From Eledone cirrhosa (taxonomy: Eukaryota): DNA of 64,000 bases. The translations under genes were made by a program, and so were the position numbers. The number at the start of each line of letters is the position of its first letter. Positions within the stretch are counted from its first letter, which is position 1. Positions 1 to 15,000 of this stretch are shown piece by piece. The notes under the pieces were generated by a model, which was not told the DNA's origin, made no database searches, and was given only the letters and a program-made list of their open reading frames with translations. The stretch lies in NCBI GenBank assembly GCA_964016885.1, contig OZ024740.1, positions 32,054,001 through 32,118,000 of the forward strand, read 5' to 3'.

Positions 1-3000
1 AGGGTGATAGTATAGAACATGGTTCTGTGTAATGAGAGGGTGATAGTATAGAACATGGTTCTAAGTAATGAGAGGGTGATAGTATAGAACATGGTTCTAA
101 GTAATGAGAGGGTGATAGTATAGAACATGGTTCTGTGTAATGAGAGGGGGTATAGTATAGAACATGGTTCTGTGTAATGAGAGGGTGATAGTATAGAACA
201 TGGTTCTAAGTAATGAGAGGATGATAGTATAGAACATGGTTCTAAGTAATGAGAGGGTGATAGTATAGAACATGGTTCTGAGTAATGAGAGGGTGATAGT
301 ATAGAACATGGTTCTAAGTAATGAGAGGATGATAGTATAGAACATGTTTCTAAGTAATGAGAGGATGATAGTATAGAACATGTTTCTAAGTAATGAGAGG
401 GTGATAGTACAGAACATGGTTCTAAGTAATGAGAGGATGATAGTATAGAACATGGTTCTAAGTAATGAGAGGGTGATAGTATAGAACATGGTTCTGTGTA
501 ATGAGAGGGTGATAGTATGGAACTAGGTTCTAAGTAATGAGAGGATGATAGTATAGAACATGGTTCTAAGTAATGAGAGGATGATAGTATAGAACATGGT
601 TCTGAGTAATGAGAGGATGATAGTATAGAACATGGTTCTAAGTAATGAGAGGATGATAGTATAGAACATGGTTCTAAGTAATGAGAGGATGATAGTATAG
701 AACATGGTTCTAAGTAATGAGAGGGTGATAGTATAGAACATGGTTCTGAGTAATGAGAGGGTGATAGTATAGAACATGGTTCTGTGTAATGAGAGGGTGA
801 TAGTATAGAACATGGTTCTAAGTAATGAGAGGATGATAGTATAGAACATGGTGCTGAGTAATGAGAGGGTGATAGTATAGAACATGGTTCTGAGTAATGA
901 GAGGATGATAGTATAGAACATGGTTCTAAGTAATGAGAGGATGATAGTATAGAACATGGTTCTGTGTAATGAGAGGGTGATAGTATAGAACATGGTTCTA
1001 AGTAATGAGAGGATGATAGTATAGAACATGGTTCTAAGTAATGAGAGGGTGATAGTATAGAACATGGTTCTGTGTAATGAGAGGGTGATAGTATAGAACA
1101 TGGTTCTGTGTAATGAGAGGGGGTATAGTATAGAACATGGTTCTGTGTAATGAGAGGGTGATAGTATAGAACATGGTTCTAAGTAATGAGAGGATGATAG
1201 TATAGAACATGGTTCTAAGTAATGAGAGGGTGATAGTATAGAACATGTTTCTAAGTAATGAGAGGATGATAGTATAGAACATGTTTCTAAGTAATGAGAG
1301 GGTGATAGTACAGAACATGGTTCGAAGTAATGAGTGGATGATAGTATAGAACATGGTTCTGAGTAATGAGAGGGTGATAGTATAGAACATGGTTCTGTGT
1401 AATGAGAGGGTGATAGTATAGAACATGGTTCTAAGTAATGAGAGGGTGATAGTATAGAACATGGTTCTAAGTAATGAGAGGATGATAGTATAGAACATGG
1501 TTCTGTGTAATGAGAGGGTGATAGTATAGAACATGGTTCTAAGTAATGAGAGGATGATAGTATAGAACATGGTTCTAAGTAATGAGAGGGTGATAGTATA
1601 GAACATGGTTCTAAGTAGTGAGAGGGTGATATTATAGAACATGGTTCTGTGTAATGAGAGGGGGTATAGTATAGAACATGGTTCTGTGTAATGAGAGGGT
1701 GATAGTATAGAACATGGTTCTAAGTAATGAGAGGGTGATAGTATAGAACATGGTTCTAAGTAATGAGAGGGTGATAGTATAGAACATGGTTCTGTGTAAT
1801 GAGAGGGTGATAGTATAGAACATGGTTCTAAGTAATGAGAGGATGATAGTATAGAACATGGTTCTAAGTAATGAGAGGATGATAGTATAGGACATGGTTC
1901 TGAGTAATGAGAGGATGATAGTATAGAACATGGTTCTAAGTAATGAGAGGGTGATAGTATAGAACATGGTTCTGAGTAATGAGAGGGTGATAGTATAGAA
2001 CATGGTTCTGTGTAATGAGAGGGTGATAGTATAGAACATGGTTCTAAGTAATGAGAGGATGATAGTATAGAACATGGTTCTGAGTAATGAGAGGGTGATA
2101 GTATAGAACATGGTTCTGAGTAATGAGAGAGTGATAGTATAGAACATGGTTCTGAGTAATGAGAGGGTGATAGTATAGAACATGGTTCTGAGTAATGAGA
2201 GGGTGATAGTATAGAACATGCTTCTGAGTAATGAGAGGGTGATAGTATAGAACATGGTTCTGTGTAATGAGGGGGTGATAGTATAGAACATGGTTCTAAG
2301 TAATGAGAGGATGATAGTATAGAACATGGTTCTGAGTAATGAGAGGGTGATAGTATAGAACATGGTTCTGTGTAATGAGAGGATGATAGTATAGAACATG
2401 GTTCTAAGTAATGAGAGGATGATAGTATAGAACATGGTTCTGAGTAATGAGAGGATGATAGTATAGAACATGGTTCTAAGTAATGAGAGGGTGATAGTAT
2501 AGAACATGGTTCTGAGTAATGAGAGAGTGATAGTATAGAACATGGTTCTGAGTAATGAGAGGGTGATAGTATAGAACATGTTTCTAAGTAATGAGAGGAT
2601 GATAGTATAGAACATGGTTCTAAGTAATGAGAGGCTGATAGTATAGAACATGGTTCTAAGTAATGAGAGGATGATAGTATAGAACATGGTTCTAAGTAAT
2701 GAGAGGGTGATAGTATAGAACATGGTTCTGCGTAATGAGAGGGTGATAGTATAGAACATGGTTCTGTGTAATGAGAGGGGGTATAGTATAGAACATGGTT
2801 CTGTGTAATGAGAGGGTGATAGTATAGAACATGGTTCTAAGTAATGAGAGGATGATAGTATAGAACATGGTTCTAAGTAATGAGAGGGTGATAGTATAGA
2901 ACATGGTTCTGAGTAATGAGAGGGTGATAGTATAGAACATGGTTCTGTGTAATGAGAGGGTGATAGTATAGAACATGGTTCTAAGTAATGAGAGGGTGAT

Positions 3001-6000
3001 AGTATAGAACATGGTTCTAAGTAATGAGAGGATGATAGTATAGAACATGTTTCTAAGTAATGAGAGGATGATAGTATAGAACATGTTTCTAAGTAATGAG
3101 AGGGTGATAGTACAGAACATGGTTCTAAGTAATGAGAGGATGATAGTATAGAACATGGTTCTAAGTAATGAGAGGATGATAGTATAGAACATGGTTCTGT
3201 GTAATGAGAGGGTGATAGTATAGAACATGGTTCTAAGTAATGAGAGGATGATAGTATAGAACATGGTTCTAAGTAATGAGAGGGTGATAGTATAGAACAT
3301 GGTTCTAAGTAGTGAGAGGGTGATATTATAGAACATGGTTCTGTGTAATGAGAGGGGGTATAGTATAGAACATGGTTCTGTGTAATGAGAGGGTGATAGT
3401 ATAGAACATGGTTCTAAGTAATGAGAGGGTGATAGTATAGAACATGGTTCTAAGTAATGAGAGGGTGATAGTATAAAACATGGTTCTGTGTAATGAGAGG
3501 GTGATAGTATAGAACATGGTTCTAAGTAATGAGAGGATGATAGTATAGAACATGGTTCTAAGTAATGAGAGGATGATAGTATAGGACATGGTTCTGAGTA
3601 ATGAGAGGATGATAGTATAGAACATGGTTCTAAGTAATGAGAGGGTGATAGTATAGAACATGGTTCTGAGTAATGAGAGGGTGATAGTATAGAACATGGT
3701 TCTGTGTAATGAGAGGGTGATAGTATAGAACATGGTTCTAAGTAATGAGAGGATGATAGTATAGAACATGGTTCTGAGTAATGAGAGGGTGATAGTATAG
3801 AACATGGTTCTGAGTAATGAGAGAGTGATAGTATAGAACATGGTTCTGAGTAATGAGAGGGTGATAGTATAGAACATGGTTCTGAGTAATGAGAGGGTGA
3901 TAGTATAGAACATGCTTCTGAGTAATGAGAGGGTGATAGTATAGAACATGGTTCTGTGTAATGAGGGGGTGATAGTATAGAACATGGTTCTAAGTAATGA
4001 GAGGATGATAGTATAGAACATGGTTCTGAGTAATGAGAGGGTGATAGTATAGAACATGGTTCTGTGTAATGAGAGGATGATAGTATAGAACATGGTTCTA
4101 AGTAATGAGAGGATGATAGTATAGAACATGGTTCTGAGTAATGAGAGGATGATAGTATAGAACATGGTTCTAAGTAATGAGAGGGTGATAGTATAGAACA
4201 TGGTTCTGAGTAATGAGAGAGTGATAGTATAGAACATGGTTCTGAGTAATGAGAGGGTGATAGTATAGAACATGTTTCTAAGTAATGAGAGGATGATAGT
4301 ATAGAACATGGTTCTAAGTAATGAGAGGATGATAGTATAGAACATGGTTCTAAGTAATGAGAGGATGATAGTATAGAACATGGTTCTAAGTAATGAGAGG
4401 GTGATAGTATAGAACATGGTTCTGCGTAATGAGAGGGTGATAGTATAGAACATGGTTCTGTGTAATGAGAGGGGGTATAGTATAGAACATGGTTCTGTGT
4501 AATGAGAGGGTGATAGTATAGAACATGGTTCTAAGTAATGAGAGGATGATAGTATAGAACATGGTTCTAAGTAATGAGAGGGTGATAGTATAGAACATGG
4601 TTCTGAGTAATGAGAGGGTGATAGTATAGAACATGGTTCTGTGTAATGAGAGGGTGATAGTATAGAACATGGTTCTAAGTAATGAGAGGGTGATAGTATA
4701 GAACATGGTTCTAAGTAATGAGAGGATGATAGTATAGAACATGTTTCTAAGTAATGAGAGGATGATAGTATAGAACATGTTTCTAAGTAATGAGAGGGTG
4801 ATAGTACAGAACATGGTTCTAAGTAATGAGAGGATGATAGTATAGAACATGGTTCTAAGTAATGAGAGGGTGATAGTATAGAACATGGTTCTGTGTAATG
4901 AGAGGGTGATAGTATGGAACTAGGTTCTAAGTAATGAGAGGATGATAGTATAGAACATGGTTCTAAGTAATGAGAGGATGATAGTATAGAACATGGTTCT
5001 GAGTAATGAGAGGATGATAGTATAGAACATGGTTCTAAGTAATGAGAGGGTGATAGTATAGAACATGGTTCTGAGTAATGAGAAGGTGATAGTATAGAAC
5101 ATGGTTCTGTGTAATGAGAGGGTGATAGTATAGACCATGGTTCTAAGTAATGAGAGGATGATAGTATAGAACATGGTTCTAAGTAATGAGAGGATGATAG
5201 TATAGAACATGGTTCTGAGTAATGAGCGGATGATAGTATAGAACATGGTTCTAAGTAATGAGAGGATGATAGTATAGAACATGGTTCTGAGTAATGAGAG
5301 GGTGATAGTATAGAACATGGTTCTGTGTAATGAGAGGGTGATAGTATAGAACATGGTTCTAAGTAATGAGAGGATGATAGTATAGAACATGGTGCTGAGT
5401 AATGAGAGGGTGATAGTATAGAACATGGTTCTGAGTAATGAGAGGATGATAGTATAGAACATGGTTCTGTGTAATGAGAGGGTGATAGTATAGAACATGG
5501 TTCTAAGTAATGAGAGGATGATAGTATAGAACATGGTTCTAAGTAATGAGAGGGTGATAGTATAGAACATGATTCTGAGTAATGAGAGGGTGATAGTATA
5601 GAACATGGTTCTGTGTAATGAGACGGTGATAGTATAGAACATGGTTCTAAGTAATGAGAGGGTGATAGTATAGAACATGGTTCTAAGTAATGAGAGGGTG
5701 ATAGTATAGAACATGGTTCTGTGTAATGAGAGGGTGATAGTATAGAACATGGTTCTAAGTAATGAGAGGATGATAGTATAGAACATGGTTCTAAGTAATG
5801 AGAGGAAGATAGTATAGAACATGGTTCTAAGTAATGAGAGGGTGATAGTATAGAACATGGTTCTGAGTAATGAGAGGGTGATAGTATAGAACATGGTTCT
5901 GTGTAATGAGAGGGTGATAGTATAGAACATGGTTCTAAGTAATGAGAGGGTGATAGTATAGAACATGGTTCTAAGTAATGAGAGGATGATAGTATAGAAC

Positions 6001-9000
6001 ATGTTTCTAAGTAATGAGAGGATGATAGTATAGAACATGTTTCTAAGTAATGAGAGGGTGATAGTACAGAACATGGTTCTAAGTAATGAGAGGATGATAG
6101 TATAGAACATGGTTCTAAGTAATGAGAGGGTGATAGTATAGAACATGGTTCTGTGTAATGAGAGGGTGATAGTATGGAACTAGGTTCTAAGTAATGAGAG
6201 GATGATAGTATAGAACATGGTTCTAAGTAATGAGAGGATGATAGTATAGAACATGGTTCTGAGTAATGAGAGGATGATAGTATAGAACATGGTTCTAAGT
6301 AATGAGAGGGTGATAGTATAGAACATGGTTCTGAGTAATGAGAAGGTGATAGTATAGAACATGGTTCTGTGTAATGAGAGGGTGATAGTATAGAACATGG
6401 TTCTAAGTAATGAGAGGATGATAGTATAGAACATGGTTCTAAGTAATGAGAGGATGATAGTATAGAACATGGTTCTGAGTAATGAGCGGATGATAGTATA
6501 GAACATGGTTCTAAGTAATGAGAGGATGATAGTATAGAACATGGTTCTGAGTAATGAGAGGGTGATAGTATAGAACATGGTTCTGTGTAATGAGAGGGTG
6601 ATAGTATAGAACATGGTTCTAAGTAATGAGAGGATGATAGTATAGAACATGGTGCTGAGTAATGAGAGGATGATAGTATAGAACATGGTGCTGAGTAATG
6701 AGAGGGTGATAGTATAGAACATGGTTCTGAGTAATGAGAGGATGATAGTATAGAACATGGTTCTAAGTAATGAGAGGGTGATAGTATAGAACATGGTTCT
6801 AAGTAATAAGAGGGTGATAGTATAGAACATGGTTCTGAGTAATGAGAGGATGATAGTATAGAACATGGTTCTGTGTAATGAGACGGTGATAGTATAGAAC
6901 ATGGTTCTAAGTAATGAGAGGGTGATAGTATAGAACATGGTTCTGTGTAATGAGAGGGGGTATAGTATAGAACATGGTTCTGTGTAATGAGAGGGTGATA
7001 GTATAGAACATGGTTCTAAGTAATGAGAGGATGATAGTATAGAACATGGTTCTAAGTAATGAGAGGGTGATAGTATAGAACATGGTTCTGAGTAATGAGA
7101 GGGTGATAGTATAGAACATGGTTCTGTGTAATGAGAGGGTGATAGTATAGAACATGGTTCTAAGTAATGAGAGGGTGATAGTATAGAACATGGTTCTAAG
7201 TAATGAGAGGATGATAGTATAGAACATGTTTCTAAGTAATGAGAGGATGATAGTATAGAACATGTTTCTAAGTAATGAGAGGGTGATAGTACAGAACATG
7301 GTTCTAAGTAATGAGAGGATGATAGTATAGAACATGGTTCTAAGTAATGAGAGGATGATAGTATAGAACATGGTTCTGTGTAATGAGAGGGTGATAGTAT
7401 AGAACATGGTTCTAAGTAATGAGAGGATGATAGTATAGAACATGGTTCTAAGTAATGAGAGGGTGATAGTATAGAACATGGTTCTAAGTAGTGAGAGGGT
7501 GATATTATAGAACATGGTTCTGTGTAATGAGAGGGGGTATAGTATAGAACATGGTTCTGTGTAATGAGAGGGTGATAGTATAGAACATGGTTCTAAGTAA
7601 TGAGAGGGTGATAGTATAGAACATGGTTCTAAGTAATGAGAGGGTGATAGTATAGAACATGGTTCTGTGTAATGAGAGGGTGATAGTATAGAACATGGTT
7701 CTAAGTAATGAGAGGATGATAGTATAGAACATGGTTCTAAGTAATGAGAGGATGATAGTATAGGACATGGTTCTGAGTAATGAGAGGATGATAGTATAGA
7801 ACATGGTTCTAAGTAATGAGAGGGTGATAGTATAGAACATGGTTCTGAGTAATGAGAGGGTGATAGTATAGAACATGGTTCTGTGTAATGAGAGGGTGAT
7901 AGTATAGAACATGGTTCTAAGTAATGAGAGGATGATAGTATAGAACATGGTTCTGAGTAATGAGAGGGTGATAGTATAGAACATGGTTCTGAGTAATGAG
8001 AGAGTGATAGTATAGAACATGGTTCTGAGTAATGAGAGGGTGATAGTATAGAACATGGTTCTGAGTAATGAGAGGGTGATAGTATAGAACATGCTTCTGA
8101 GTAATGAGAGGGTGATAGTATAGAACATGGTTCTGTGTAATGAGGGGGTGATAGTATAGAACATGGTTCTAAGTAATGAGAGGATGATAGTATAGAACAT
8201 GGTTCTGAGTAATGAGAGGGTGATAGTATAGAACATGGTTCTGTGTAATGAGAGGATGATAGTATAGAACATGGTTCTAAGTAATGAGAGGATGATAGTA
8301 TAGAACATGGTTCTGAGTAATGAGAGGATGATAGTATAGAACATGGTTCTAAGTAATGAGAGGGTGATAGTATAGAACATGGTTCTGAGTAATGAGAGAG
8401 TGATAGTATAGAACATGGTTCTGAGTAATGAGAGGGTGATAGTATAGAACATGTTTCTAAGTAATGAGAGGATGATAGTATAGAACATGGTTCTAAGTAA
8501 TGAGAGGATGATAGTATAGAACATGGTTCTAAGTAATGAGAGGATGATAGTATAGAACATGGTTCTAAGTAATGAGAGGGTGATAGTATAGAACATGGTT
8601 CTGCGTAATGAGAGGGTGATAGTATAGAACATGGTTCTGTGTAATGAGAGGGGGTATAGTATAGAACATGGTTCTGTGTAATGAGAGGGTGATAGTATAG
8701 AACATGGTTCTAAGTAATGAGAGGATGATAGTATAGAACATGGTTCTAAGTAATGAGAGGGTGATAGTATAGAACATGGTTCTGAGTAATGAGAGGGTGA
8801 TAGTATAGAACATGGTTCTGTGTAATGAGAGGGTGATAGTATAGAACATGGTTCTAAGTAATGAGAGGGTGATAGTATAGAACATGGTTCTAAGTAATGA
8901 GAGGATGATAGTATAGAACATGTTTCTAAGTAATGAGAGGATGATAGTATAGAACATGTTTCTAAGTAATGAGAGGGTGATAGTACAGAACATGGTTCTA

Positions 9001-12000
9001 AGTAATGAGAGGATGATAGTATAGAACATGGTTCTAAGTAATGAGAGGGTGATAGTATAGAACATGGTTCTGTGTAATGAGAGGGTGATAGTATGGAACT
9101 AGGTTCTAAGTAATGAGAGGATGATAGTATAGAACATGGTTCTAAGTAATGAGAGGATGATAGTATAGAACATGGTTCTGAGTAATGAGCGGATGATAGT
9201 ATAGAACATGGTTCTAAGTAATGAGAGGATGATAGTATAGAACATGGTTCTGAGTAATGAGAGGGTGATAGTATAGAACATGGTTCTGTGTAATGAGAGG
9301 GTGATAGTATAGAACATGGTTCTAAGTAATGAGAGGATGATAGTATAGAACATGGTGCTGAGTAATGAGAGGGTGATAGTATAGAACATGGTTCTGAGTA
9401 ATGAGAGGATGATAGTATAGAACATGGTTCTGTGTAATGAGAGGGTGATAGTATAGAACATGGTTCTAAGTAATGAGAGGATGATAGTATAGAACATGGT
9501 TCTAAGTAATGAGAGGGTGATAGTATAGAACATGATTCTGAGTAATGAGAGGGTGATAGTATAGAACATGGTTCTGTGTAATGAGACGGTGATAGTATAG
9601 AACATGGTTCTAAGTAATGAGAGGGTGATAGTATAGAACATGGTTCTAAGTAATGAGAGGGTGATAGTATAGAACATGGTTCTGTGTAATGAGAGGGTGA
9701 TAGTATAGAACATGGTTCTAAGTAATGAGAGGATGATAGTATAGAACATGGTTCTAAGTAATGAGAGGAAGATAGTATAGAACATGGTTCTAAGTAATGA
9801 GAGGGTGATAGTATAGAACATGGTTCTGAGTAATGAGAGGGTGATAGTATAGAACATGGTTCTGTGTAATGAGAGGGTGATAGTATAGAACATGGTTCTA
9901 AGTAATGAGAGGGTGATAGTATAGAACATGGTTCTAAGTAATGAGAGGATGATAGTATAGAACATGTTTCTAAGTAATGAGAGGATGATAGTATAGAACA
10001 TGTTTCTAAGTAATGAGAGGGTGATAGTACAGAACATGGTTCTAAGTAATGAGAGGATGATAGTATAGAACATGGTTCTAAGTAATGAGAGGGTGATAGT
10101 ATAGAACATGGTTCTGTGTAATGAGAGGGTGATAGTATGGAACTAGGTTCTAAGTAATGAGAGGATGATAGTATAGAACATGGTTCTAAGTAATGAGAGG
10201 ATGATAGTATAGAACATGGTTCTGAGTAATGAGAGGATGATAGTATAGAACATGGTTCTAAGTAATGAGAGGGTGATAGTATAGAACATGGTTCTGAGTA
10301 ATGAGAAGGTGATAGTATAGAACATGGTTCTGTGTAATGAGAGGGTGATAGTATAGAACATGGTTCTAAGTAATGAGAGGATGATAGTATAGAACATGGT
10401 TCTAAGTAATGAGAGGATGATAGTATAGAACATGGTTCTGAGTAATGAGCGGATGATAGTATAGAACATGGTTCTAAGTAATGAGAGGATGATAGTATAG
10501 AACATGGTTCTGAGTAATGAGAGGGTGATAGTATAGAACATGGTTCTGTGTAATGAGAGGGTGATAGTATAGAACATGGTTCTAAGTAATGAGAGGATGA
10601 TAGTATAGAACATGGTGCTGAGTAATGAGAGGATGATAGTATAGAACATGGTGCTGAGTAATGAGAGGGTGATAGTATAGAACATGGTTCTGAGTAATGA
10701 GAGGATGATAGTATAGAACATGGTTCTAAGTAATGAGAGGGTGATAGTATAGAACATGGTTCTAAGTAATAAGAGGGTGATAGTATAGAACATGGTTCTG
10801 AGTAATGAGAGGATGATAGTATAGAACATGGTTCTGTGTAATGAGACGGTGATAGTATAGAACATGGTTCTAAGTAATGAGAGGGTGATAGTATAGAACA
10901 TGGTTCTAAGTAATGAGAGGGTGATAGTATAGAACATGGTTCTGTGTAATGAGAGGGTGATAGTATAGAACATGGTTCTAAGTAATGAGAGGATGATAGT
11001 ATAGAACATGGTTCTAAGTAATGAGAGGATGATAGTATAGGACATGGTTCTGAGTAATGGGAGGATGATAGTTTAGAACATGGTTCTAAGTAATGAGAGG
11101 GTGATAGTATAGAACATGGTTCTGAGTAATGAGAGAGTGATAGTATAGAACATGGTTCTGTGTAATGAGAGGGTGATAGTATAGAACATGGTTCTAAGTA
11201 ATGAGAGGATGATAGTATAGAACATGGTTCTGAGTAATGAGAGGGTGATAGTATAGAACATGGTTCTGAGTAATGAGAGAGTGATAGTATAGAACATGGT
11301 TCTGAGTAATGAGAGGGTGATAGTACAGAACATGGTTCTGAGTAATGAGAGGATGATAGTATAGAACATGGTTCTGAGTAATGAGAGGGTGATAGTATAG
11401 AACATGCTTCTGAGTAATGAGAGGGTGATAGTATAGAACATGGTTCTGTGTAATGAGAGGGTGATAGTATAGAACATGCTTCTGAGTAATGAGAGGGTGA
11501 TATTATAGAACATGGTTCTGAGTAATTAGAGGGTGATAGTATAGAACGTAGTTCTGTGTAATGAGAGGGTGATAGTATAGAACATGGTTCTAAGTAATGA
11601 GAGGGTGATAGTATAGAACATGGTTCTAAGTAATGAGAGGATGATAGTATAGAACATGTTTCTAAGTAATGAGAGGATGATAGTATAGAACATGTTTCTA
11701 AGTAATGAGAGGGTGATAGTACAGAACATGGTTCTATGTAATGAGAGGATGATAGTATAGAACATGGTTCTAAGTAATGAGAGGGTGATAGTATAGAACA
11801 TGGCGCTGTGTAATGAGAGGGTGATAGTATGGAACTAGGTTCTAAGTAATGAGAGGATGATAGTATAGAACATGGTTCTAAGTAATGAGAGGATGATAGT
11901 ATAGAACATGGTTCTGAGTAATGAGAGGATGATAGTATAGAACATGGTTCTAAGTAATGAGAGGGTGATAGTATAGAACATGGTTCTGAGTAATGAGAAG

Positions 12001-15000
12001 GTGATAGTATAGAACATGGTTCTGTGTAATGAGAGGGTGATAGTATAGAACATGGTTCTAAGTAATGAGAGGATGATAGTATAGAACATGGTTCTAAGTA
12101 ATGAGAGGATGATAGTATAGAACATGGTTCTGAGTAATGAGCGGATGATAGTATAGAACATGGTTCTAAGTAATGAGAGGATGATAGTATAGAACATGGT
12201 TCTGAGTAATGAGAGGGTGATAGTATAGAACATGGTTCTGTGTAATGAGGGGATGATAGTATAGAACATTGTTCTGAGTAATGAGAGGATGATAGTATAG
12301 AACATGGTTCTGAGTAATGAGAGGGTGATAGTATAGAACATTGTTCTAAGTAATGAGAGGATGATAGTATAGAACATGGTTCTAAGTAATGAGAGGGTGA
12401 TAGTATAGAACATGGTTCTAAGTAATGAGAGGGTGATAGTATAGAACATGGTTCTGTGTAATGAGAGGGTGATAGTATAGAACATGGTTCTGAGTAATGA
12501 GAGGGTGATAGTATAGAACATGGTTCTGTGTAATGAGAGGATGATAGTATAGAACATGGTTCTAAGTAATGAGAGGGTGATAGTATAGAACATGGTTCTG
12601 TGTAATGAGAGGATGATAGTATAGAACATGGTTCTGTGTAATGAGAGTATGATAGTATAGAACATGGTTCTGAGTAATGAGAGGGTGATAGTATAGAACA
12701 TGGTTCCGTGTAATGAGACGGTGATAGTATAGAACATGGTTCTGAGTAATGAGAGGGTGATAGTATAGAACATGTTTCTGAGTAATGAGAGGGTGATAGT
12801 ATAGAACATGGTTCTGTGTAATGAGAGGGTGATAGTATAGAACATGGTTCTGTGTAATGAGAGGGTGATAGTATAGAACATGGTTCTAAGTAATGAGAGG
12901 ATGATAGTATGGAACATGGTTCTGTGTAATGAGAGGATGATAGTATAGAACATGGTTCTGTGTAATGAGAGGATGATAGTATAGAACATGGTTCTGTGTA
13001 ATGAGAGGGTGATAGTATAGAACATGGTTCTGTGTAATGAGAGGGTGATAGTATAGAACATGGTTTTGTGTAATGAGAGGGTGATAGTATAGAACATGGT
13101 TCTGTGTAATGAGAGGATGATAGTATAGAACATGGTTCTGTGTAATGAGAGGGTGATAGTATAGAACATGGTTCTGTGTAATGAGAGGATGATAGTATAG
13201 AACATGGTTCTAAGTAATGAGAGGATGATAGTATAGAACATGGTTCTAAGTAATGAGAGGATGATAGTATAGAACATGGTTCTGTGTAATGAGAGGGTCA
13301 TAGTATAGAACATGGTTCTAAGTAATGAGAGGATGATAGTATAGAACATGGTTCTGAGTAATGAGAGGGTGATAGTATAGAACCTGGTTCTGTGTAATGA
13401 GAGGGTGATAGTATAGAACATGGTTCTGTGTAATGAGAGGGTGATAGTATAGAACATGGTTCTGAGTAATGAGAGGGTGATAGTATAGAACATGGTTCTG
13501 TGTAATGAGAGGATGATAGTATAGAACATGGTTCTAAGTAATGAGAGGGTGATAGTATAGAACATGGTTCTGTGTAATGAGAGGATGATAGTATAGAACA
13601 TGGTTCTGTGTAATGAGAGTATGATAGTATAGAACATGGTTCTGAGTAATGAGAGGGTGATAGTATAGAACATGGTTCCGTGTAATGAGACGGTGATAGT
13701 ATAGAACATGGTTCTAAGTAATGAGAGGATGATAGTATAGAACATGGTTCTAAGTAATGAGAGGATGATAGTATAGAACATGGTTCTGTGTAATGAGAGG
13801 ATGATAGTATAGAACATGGTTCTAAGTAATGAGAGGATGATAGTATAGAACATGGTTCTGTGTAATGAGAGGATGATAGTATAGAACATGGTTCTGTGTA
13901 ATGAGAGGGTCATAGTATAGAACATGGTTCTAAGTAATGAGAGGATGATAGTATAGAACATGGTTCTGTGTAATGAGAGGATGATAGTATAGAACATGGT
14001 TCTGAGTAATGAGAGGGTGATAGTATAGAACCTGGTTCTGTGTAATGAGAGGGTGATAGTATAGAACATGGTTCTGTGTAATGAGAGGGTGATAGTATAG
14101 AACATGGTTCTGAGTAATGAGAGGGTGATAGTATAGAACATGGTTCTGTGTAATGAGAGGATGATAGTATAGAACATGGTTCTAAGTAATGAGAGGGTGA
14201 TAGTATAGAACATGGTTCTGTGTAATGAGAGGATGATAGTATAGAACATGGTTCTGTGTAATGAGAGTATGATAGTATAGAACATGGTTCTGAGTAATGA
14301 GAGGGTGATAGTATAGAACATGGTTCCGTGTAATGAGACGGTGATAGTATAGAACATGGTTCTAAGTAATGAGAGGATGATAGTATAGAACATGGTTCTA
14401 AGTAATGAGAGGATGATAGTATAGAACATGGTTCTGTGTAATGAGAGGATGATAGTATAGAACATGGTTCTAAGTAATGAGAGGATGATAGTATAGAACA
14501 TGGTTCTGTGTAATGAGAGGATGATAGTATAGAACATGGTTCTGTGTAATGAGAGGGTCATAGTATAGAACATGGTTCTAAGTAATGAGAGGATGATAGT
14601 ATAGAACATGGTTCTGTGTAATGAGAGGATGATAGTATAGAACATGGTTCTGAGTAATGAGAGGGTGATAGTATAGAACCTGGTTCTGTGTAATGAGAGG
14701 GTGATAGTATAGAACATGGTTCTGTGTAATGAGAGGGTGATAGTATAGAACATGGTTCTGAGTAATGAGAGGGTGATAGTATAGAACATGGTTCTGTGTA
14801 ATGAGAGGATGATAGTATAGAACATGGTTCTAAGTAATGAGAGGGTGATAGTATAGAACATGGTTCTGTGTAATGAGAGGATGATAGTATAGAACATGGT
14901 TCTGTGTAATGAGAGTATGATAGTATAGAACATGGTTCTGAGTAATGAGAGGGTGATAGTATAGAACATGGTTCCGTGTAATGAGACGGTGATAGTATAG

